From: Pseudomonadota bacterium
GTDB lineage: Bacteria > Bdellovibrionota_F > JAHFAK01 > JBDREC01
NCBI GenBank assembly: GCA_043820105.1
Contig: JBDREC010000076.1
Coordinates: 62,001 to 97,184, forward strand
DNA length: 35,184 bases
Reading direction: 5' to 3'
Below are positions 29,128 through 35,184 of the stretch, piece after piece. The notes under the pieces were generated by a model. That model saw nothing but the letters and a program-made list of their open reading frames with translations. It was not told the origin of the DNA and ran no database searches. The position numbers and the translations under genes are program-made. The first letter of the stretch is position 1; the number at the start of each line of letters is the position of its first letter.

Positions 29128-30567
29128 ATGTTAAAGTATAGTCTAAAATTTTCATTTTTCATATTTATATTAAATACTTTCTTTGTTTCAGCACAAGAAA
29201 CATCAAGCTATAGCTATGAATCATTTATAAAAGATGTCTTGGAAACAAACCAAGATATTGAGGCTCAAAATATCATAAAAAGAATTGATGAAGCAAATAT
29301 TTTGCAAGCAAAGGCAATAAATGATTTTACTTTAGGAGCTGATGCTAATTATATTTATTATGAAGACACAGATAATGGTGTTTCTTTTAGTCCAACGAAA
29401 ATCGATGGTTTTTCTGGAGGCATTTCCTTAAGTCATACTGTTGAACAAACAGGTACAATAGCAAGCATTGAATACGGTTTTGACAAACAGAACCTGGACT
29501 TTCCAGCGAACTCCTTTGTTCAGACTCCATTTTCAATTAATCTTTATCAGCCTGCTCTTTCAATTAGCATAGTTCAGCCACTTTTAAATAATTTAATGGG
29601 GGCTCAATATAAGCTTCCAAAAACACTAGCAAGATTCCAAAAGGATATTAATGAGGTCCAAACAAAGGAAAGCATTGAATCAATTCTTTTGTCAGCATCA
29701 AAAAGTTATTTAAGTTGGGCTCTTTTGAACAAGCAAATTGAAATTACCAAAAACCTAATTGGAAAAATCAAAAATCAAGAAACGCTAGTTCATAAACAAG
29801 TAAAAGACGGAATGGCAGAAAAAGAAGAAATATATAGAATAGATTCTTTATTAAAGGAAAAAGAGGCAACCCTAGAAAGTCTGCAGGCTAGCTATGAAGC
29901 ATTACAAATTGCCCTTGCTTCTTTCTTATATAACAAGGAAATTTCAAAATCACTTAAGCCTGAGCTACCAAGTATCGCAAAGACATTAGCTGAAAATGAT
30001 TTTATTAAAACAAAATCCAGAATATCTAAGCTTTGTAAACTCTCTGTTTCAATGCAGGAGGATATTGTTAAAACTTATAAAAACAATAAACTTCCAGATC
30101 TATCTTTAGTTCTAAACTATAAAAGACATGGATCAGAAGATGCATTTGATGATGCCTCATGGTCTGGCTTTGCAAATGATGATTTTGTTGCAGGTCTAAG
30201 TTTTTCGTTTCCTGTTCTTAATAATTCAAGAAAGGGAAGCTTTTTAAAGGAAATGTATAGGCTTGAAAAGTTAAGAATTGAAAACAAACAAAAACTTCAC
30301 CAAATAACCCAAAGCTATTTGAGCAATAAAGCTAAATATTCTATTTATGAAAATGTAATTTCAAAGCAAGAAGCCTCTATAAATGATGCACAACTTAAGC
30401 TTTCTTTATTAAATAAAAAATACAGGCAAGGCAGAATAACACTTTTTGAGATTTTAAATGAAGAAGTTAACATGTTTATTTCACAAATGACCTTAGAGAA
30501 ATATAAGGTTGATAGCTTGAGTATTGTTTTGGAGATGAGAGAACTTGTAGATGAGTTGTACAATTAA
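29128..30567 (+). CDS. TolC-family outer membrane efflux protein
   Basis: Signal peptide; SIVQPLL, LPDLSL and GLSFSFPV beta/helix repeats; YRQGRITLFE; directly upstream of the RND gene. Confidence 0.85.
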   Translation: MLKYSLKFSFFIFILNTFFVSAQETSSYSYESFIKDVLETNQDIEAQNIIKRIDEANILQAKAINDFTLGADANYIYYEDTDNGVSFSPTKIDGFSGGISLSHTVEQTGTIASIEYGFDKQNLDFPANSFVQTPFSINLYQPALSISIVQPLLNNLMGAQYKLPKTLARFQKDINEVQTKESIESILLSASKSYLSWALLNKQIEITKNLIGKIKNQETLVHKQVKDGMAEKEEIYRIDSLLKEKEATLESLQASYEALQIALASFLYNKEISKSLKPELPSIAKTLAENDFIKTKSRISKLCKLSVSMQEDIVKTYKNNKLPDLSLVLNYKRHGSEDAFDDASWSGFANDDFVAGLSFSFPVLNNSRKGSFLKEMYRLEKLRIENKQKLHQITQSYLSNKAKYSIYENVISKQEASINDAQLKLSLLNKKYRQGRITLFEILNEEVNMFISQMTLEKYKVDSLSIVLEMRELVDELYN

Positions 30568-30597
30568 TTTTGAATTTTGAATCTTGAATTTTGAATT
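30566..30597. repeat. Heptamer tandem repeat (AATTTTG) x ~4.5
   Basis: AATTTTG AATTTTG AATCTTG AATTTTG AATT between the TolC and RND genes. Confidence 0.8.
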
Positions 30598-30620
30598 AAT
30601 TTCACATTAAGGAGACTAAA

Positions 30621-33600
30621 TTGATAGCAATAGTAAAGTTTTTCGTTGAAAGAAAATTACTCGCTAATTTTTTGATGTTTGTTTTAGCATTTTTAGGAGT
30701 ATTTTCTATTTATATATTAAAAAAGCAGACTCTCCCAAATTCTAAAGTTGATATTGCTTTAATCACTACTGTTTATCCTGGAGCTGCGCCACAAGATGTT
30801 GAGCAAAATGTTACTCGTCTTATTGAAGATGAATTAAAAGGTGTTTCAGGACTTAAAAAATACATGAGTTTTTCCATGGAAAACACTTCAGTTATTCAGG
30901 TTGAAATTGATCCTGACTCAGGAGATACTTCAAAAATTGTTGAAGATATCCAAAAGGCAGTTGATAGAGTGACTGATCTTCCAAAGGAAATACTTTATAA
31001 ACCAGAGGTCTATGAAATCGATTCAGCTAATTTTCCAATAATTAATGTCGGTATCTCTGGAGAAGCCAGCTATGAAATTAAAAGAGAGCTAGCAGAAGCC
31101 TTAGAAAAAAAGATCAAACTCATAAATGGTATAAAAGAAATTGAAAAAGTTGGCTTTAGAGATAAGGAAATTCATATTGATGTAAACCCAAAACAGCTTC
31201 ATTCAAAATATATAGCCCTAAATGACATTGCCTTTGCATTAGCAAATAGAAACATAAGATCAACCGGAGGATCCCTTGAGTCTTTTACAAGTCAAAAAGA
31301 TATTGTAACAATTGCTGAGTTTGACTCTATTGATGATATACAAAATGTTATAATAAGGGCTAATTATACTGGCAAAAACATTCGAATCAAAGATGTTGCA
31401 AATGTAAAATATGGCTATGAAAAAGAAACCAGAAGATCACGATTCAATGGAAAGTCTGGGATTTCTTTGATTGTTGTCAAAAAAGCTGCTGCTGACCAAA
31501 TTACAGTTACAGAAAATATTAAAAAATTACTTGAAAAAGAAAACAAGCACTTGCCCGCAGGAATTACCTTAACATCTGTAAATGACACCTCATTCATTGT
31601 TAAAAACAGGCTAGCTGTTATTACACAAAACGCTTTCATGGGATTTGTTCTTGTGCTTTTAGCCTTATTTGTTTTCCTAAATCTCAGGGTCGCCTTTTGG
31701 ACTTCAATTGCAATTCCAGTTGCCGTCTTTTTTACCTTTATATTGATGCATACCTTTGGAATTGATATAACTGTAATTTCACTAGCTGCAATTATAATGG
31801 TAATGGGCATGCTTGTTGATGATGCTATTATTGTCTCTGAAAACATTTACAGACATAAGCTAATGGGCAAATCACCAATGCAAGCATCGCTTGAGGGAAC
31901 ACAGGAAGTTATGTGGCCTGTGATTTGTACAGTCGCCACTTCGATAGTAGCATTTATTCCTTTAATTTTCCTCAAAGGAATGATGGGAAAATTTATTTTT
32001 GCAATTCCAGTTGTAGTTGCAGCTTCATTATTTGGAAGCTTAGTGGACAGCTTCACAATACTCCCAAGCCATATAGCCACAGTTAAAGTTGATAAAACAC
32101 AATCAGGAATTAGAGAAAAAGCTTTTGATAATTTAAAAAATTTATATGCTAAAGTTTTAACATTTTGCTTAAAGTTTAGATATTTGGTTGTTGGACTTTT
32201 TATAATACTTCTCATCTTTTCAATGGGAATGGCACGAAAGCATTTAGGATTCAGGCTCTTTCCTGAAGACGCAGCTCAAGCATTTTTTATAAAAATAAAA
32301 ACCGCTCCAGAATCAACCCACAATGCAACTGAAGAAGTTATCAAGGTTTATGAAAAAGCTATTTTAAATTTAAGTAAAGAAGAATTAGATTCCATAGCAG
32401 TTGAGGTCGGAAATTCAAGTGAGTGGGGACAAGCTCAAGGTGTTGGCTTTGCAAATAAAGCAATCATTTCAGTTTACCTTACTCCTTCAAATGAAAGAAA
32501 AAGACTTGGAAGAGAAATAATGGAAAGCTTAAGAAAAGAAATCATTCCACCAAAGATTGTTCAGAAAGTTACATGGGAACTGGTTTCTGGCGGACCTCCA
32601 GCTGGAAAGCCTGTTGAAATTAATGTAATTTGTAATAAAAAAGAGAAAAAGGAAAAAATTACAAAAGAAATTTATGAATTTATTCAAACCATCCCAGGAG
32701 TTTATGACATAGAAAGAAATGATGATGACAAGTTTGAACACATTAGACTCAACTTAAATTATGAAAAACTAAGTACATTAGCCCTAACTGTGGCTGATGT
32801 TGCTTCAACAATTAGAACAGCCTATGATGGAATTGATGCAACGGAAATTATCAAAGACAATGAGGCAATTGATATTAACCTTCGCTTTGCAAAAGAATTT
32901 AGAGAAGACATGACTCACTTAAAATCACTACGGGTAAGAAATGCAATAGGCAAACTAATTCCAATAAGCAAATTTACTTCAATTGATAAAGAAATGGATT
33001 CAAGATTATTATACCATTATAATGGAGACGCTGCTGTTGTAATATCTTCAGAACTTGACCAAAAGAAAACCAACAATATGAAAGCTTCAAAAATGATTCT
33101 CGCAAAATTTTCACCAGTAATTGACAAAGATCCTGATATTCAAATTATTATTGGAGGAGAAGCAGCTGAATCAACGAAAACGATTCATGATCTAATAAAA
33201 ACCTTTTTAACCGCAATTTTTGCAATTTTTACTATTTTGCTTATTTTATTTAATTCTCTAAGCCAACCTCTCTTGGTTATGGCGGCAATTCCATTTGGAA
33301 TAATTGGTGTTATCTTCACCTTAATCTTCCACGGCCACAATGCATCCTTTATGGCTGGAATTGGAACAATTGGCCTGTGCGGTGTTATTGTAAATGACTC
33401 CCTTGTCATGGTTTCCTTTATAAATAACTTAATGAAAAAATATGATTATGGAAAGTTAAAATCCGTCAGAGCTATAATTGTTGAAGGGGCAAAATTAAGA
33501 TTAAGACCAATTATCCTTACAACCTTAACAACAGTAGCTGGACTTTTCCCAACAGCCTATGGTCTTGGAGGAAGCGATGTTTATATTCAAAGACTTGTTT

Positions 33601-33731
33601 TACCAATCGCCTGGGGCCTTGTTTTTGCAACCTTACTTACTTTGATTTTGATTCCGTGTTTTTATAATATTGATCGGGATGTAAAAAGAATTTTTGTTAG
33701 AATTTTTCTAAAAAAACAAAGACAAATTTAA
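30621..33731 (+). CDS. RND-family (AcrB-like) efflux transporter
   Basis: 1036 aa; YPGAAPQDVE, GMLVDDAIIVSENI (TM4 DD), GGPPAGKP, GVIVNDSLV and RLRPIILTTLTT; TTG start after AGGAG. Confidence 0.95.
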   Translation: MIAIVKFFVERKLLANFLMFVLAFLGVFSIYILKKQTLPNSKVDIALITTVYPGAAPQDVEQNVTRLIEDELKGVSGLKKYMSFSMENTSVIQVEIDPDSGDTSKIVEDIQKAVDRVTDLPKEILYKPEVYEIDSANFPIINVGISGEASYEIKRELAEALEKKIKLINGIKEIEKVGFRDKEIHIDVNPKQLHSKYIALNDIAFALANRNIRSTGGSLESFTSQKDIVTIAEFDSIDDIQNVIIRANYTGKNIRIKDVANVKYGYEKETRRSRFNGKSGISLIVVKKAAADQITVTENIKKLLEKENKHLPAGITLTSVNDTSFIVKNRLAVITQNAFMGFVLVLLALFVFLNLRVAFWTSIAIPVAVFFTFILMHTFGIDITVISLAAIIMVMGMLVDDAIIVSENIYRHKLMGKSPMQASLEGTQEVMWPVICTVATSIVAFIPLIFLKGMMGKFIFAIPVVVAASLFGSLVDSFTILPSHIATVKVDKTQSGIREKAFDNLKNLYAKVLTFCLKFRYLVVGLFIILLIFSMGMARKHLGFRLFPEDAAQAFFIKIKTAPESTHNATEEVIKVYEKAILNLSKEELDSIAVEVGNSSEWGQAQGVGFANKAIISVYLTPSNERKRLGREIMESLRKEIIPPKIVQKVTWELVSGGPPAGKPVEINVICNKKEKKEKITKEIYEFIQTIPGVYDIERNDDDKFEHIRLNLNYEKLSTLALTVADVASTIRTAYDGIDATEIIKDNEAIDINLRFAKEFREDMTHLKSLRVRNAIGKLIPISKFTSIDKEMDSRLLYHYNGDAAVVISSELDQKKTNNMKASKMILAKFSPVIDKDPDIQIIIGGEAAESTKTIHDLIKTFLTAIFAIFTILLILFNSLSQPLLVMAAIPFGIIGVIFTLIFHGHNASFMAGIGTIGLCGVIVNDSLVMVSFINNLMKKYDYGKLKSVRAIIVEGAKLRLRPIILTTLTTVAGLFPTAYGLGGSDVYIQRLVLPIAWGLVFATLLTLILIPCFYNIDRDVKRIFVRIFLKKQRQI

Positions 33732-33756
33732 AAAGCAATAATCTTAATATTACTTT

Positions 33757-34086
33757 CTAGTTAGTACCCCCAGTATCACAGTAAACACCTGTACCAGCAC
33801 CTGATCCATCAACACAGTTACTAACACTTGTAACAGTGGTTCCTGATTCACAATCATTAGCCACCAAGTGAGATCCAGTATCTTCACCACTTGTACAAGA
33901 ATCATGAAAGTCAGTATTAGTATTACCATTTGAACAATTAAATGATGGGTTAGCGCCCCCTCCTACATAGCAAAACCTAGAAACAGAACTTACATTTGTA
34001 ATGGCACTGGTACCAGATAAGCAATCACAATGTTGAGTTTTTTTAAAATGAACAAGTCCAGGTAATTCATATTTAATTATTTTCAT
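33757..34086 (-). CDS. CxxG-repeat putative RiPP precursor
   Basis: Leader-like MKIIKYELPGL (YxxPxL) followed by seven CxxG units (CLSG, CYVG, CSNG, CTSG, CESG, CVDG, CDTG) spaced 12-17 aa apart in a G/S/T/N-rich body. Confidence 0.7.
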   Translation of the reverse strand: MKIIKYELPGLVHFKKTQHCDCLSGTSAITNVSSVSRFCYVGGGANPSFNCSNGNTNTDFHDSCTSGEDTGSHLVANDCESGTTVTSVSNCVDGSGAGTGVYCDTGGTN

Positions 34087-34171
34087 ATTTACAGCCTATT
34101 TAATGTAACTATTACAAATTTCAATTAATTAAAGATATTGATTGTCACGCTTATGTCAATTTAATTTGCAG

Positions 34172-34211
34172 AAAAACAAAAAAAAAACAAAAAAAAACAA
34201 AAAAAAACAAA
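34172..34211. repeat. Phased A-tract tandem repeat (approximately CA9, x4)
   Basis: AAAAACAAAAAAAAAACAAAAAAAAACAAAAAAAAACAAA, period 10-11 bp. Confidence 0.8.
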
Positions 34212-34389
34212 GACGGGTTTTGATTTTTTTTATTGATTCTGGAATCAGACAGTGTTTTTTATAATTAACCTTGCCCTATTTGTCGACAGGCGCTTGATCT
34301 TATTACATGTTTTTCAACATCATGAAAGTGGCCAGATTATTGCATACGAAATCAGGATTGATAATTTTAATTGGATATTTAAAAAGATT

Positions 34390-35151
34390 ATGCCTCATAA
34401 ACCAAGATATCTACTTATTGAAGACGGATCAACCTTTCACTGCTTTTGGCAGTTTCACAATAAAGATTATTTTTTTTCAAGTGCTTGGGCTAAAAATTTA
34501 TATTATAAATTGTTGCTAATCTATAAAGATACGTATGATGTAACCTTTTATAACTATGATTTCATGGATAATCATTTTCACAGCACAGGAACCTGTTCTG
34601 ATAGAGATTTACTTTCTGCATTTTATCATAGAGTTCATACAATTTTTGCAAATGCTTATAACAAAAAACATAATAGATTTGGACAAGTATTTAGAGACCG
34701 TTTTAAAACAATTGCCATTGAAAGAGATAAAGATTTGTTAAAGGTAATGCATTATATTGATTTGAATCCCAAAAGAGCTACTAAGGTCAGTCATCCTAAG
34801 CAAAACAGATTTTCCTCTTTTCATTATTATGCATATGGAAAAAAAGACCCCTTGATAACACCTGCTCCTGCATATTTGAAATTAGGTAAAGCAGCAAAAC
34901 TAAGGCAAAGAAAATATCGTCAAATGATAGAAATTCTTTTAAAAAGTGACTGGAATAATAAAATGCCATATTCATCCAATCTGTTTATTGGAAGTGATGA
35001 ATGGATTGAATGTAAAACAAAGAAATTAAAAAAGGTGATGAGGCATGCAAATCGGACGATAAACTGGTCCAGTAATCGGACGCAAAAGTGGTCCACCTAC
35101 CAAAGTAAAAATAATAAAATATTGAAGGAAGCCAAAATTAAGTATTTATAA
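34390..35151 (+). CDS. REP-associated tyrosine transposase-like (RAYT, Y1 HUH) protein
   Basis: Likely start MPHKPR at 34390, in frame with the track ORF at 34252. YDFMDNHFH (HUH), FGQVFRDRFK, YIDLNP (catalytic Tyr) and SSFHYY. Confidence 0.85.
   Translation: MPHKPRYLLIEDGSTFHCFWQFHNKDYFFSSAWAKNLYYKLLLIYKDTYDVTFYNYDFMDNHFHSTGTCSDRDLLSAFYHRVHTIFANAYNKKHNRFGQVFRDRFKTIAIERDKDLLKVMHYIDLNPKRATKVSHPKQNRFSSFHYYAYGKKDPLITPAPAYLKLGKAAKLRQRKYRQMIEILLKSDWNNKMPYSSNLFIGSDEWIECKTKKLKKVMRHANRTINWSSNRTQKWSTYQSKNNKILKEAKIKYL
35050..35095. repeat. Two tandem 24-bp units, each with a GGAC-N9-GTCC mini-palindrome
   Basis: AATCGGACGATAAACTGGTCCA and AATCGGACGCAAAAGTGGTCCA inside the RAYT 3' end. Confidence 0.6.
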
Positions 35152-35184
35152 AAGGGATATTTGGGAAGTAAATTTATAATAAAT

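Noticed and set aside
34252-34389. N-terminal 46 codons of the RAYT ORF as given in the track
   Set aside because: Family-like sequence begins at MPHKPR (34390); the upstream extension is probably non-coding.
35050-35095. CRISPR array
   Set aside because: Only two adjacent units, no spacers, and no cas genes in the window.

Overview
AT-rich bacterial DNA with a diderm gene content (TolC/RND pair, lipoproteins, sigma-54 promoters). Housekeeping genes include the 3' part of phosphoketolase xfp, ahcY, dacB and an EamA transporter. The highlight is a minus-strand lasso-peptide (RiPP) cluster at 21531-27693: cyclase, an unexpected ATP-grasp ligase, a 55-aa precursor missing from the ORF track (24357-24524; predicted core GKSFVSTSETTPTSTVGPS), HPr-kinase-like kinase, sulfotransferase, B1/RRE, B2 peptidase and a truncated ABC exporter. 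Two deletion-like scars bound the cluster: a broken HAD phosphatase on the left and a truncated IS110 on the right. Other notable elements: a secreted animal-type protein-arginine deiminase upstream of a QEGLA peptidase / ATP-grasp / formylglutamate amidohydrolase triad; three sigma-54 promoters in front of mostly exported proteins; a GT2 + TMTC-like glycosylation pair; a ~160-nt imperfect hairpin; an orphan CxxG-repeat RiPP-like precursor; and a RAYT-type HUH transposase. All calls come from motif recognition by eye; no database searches were run.
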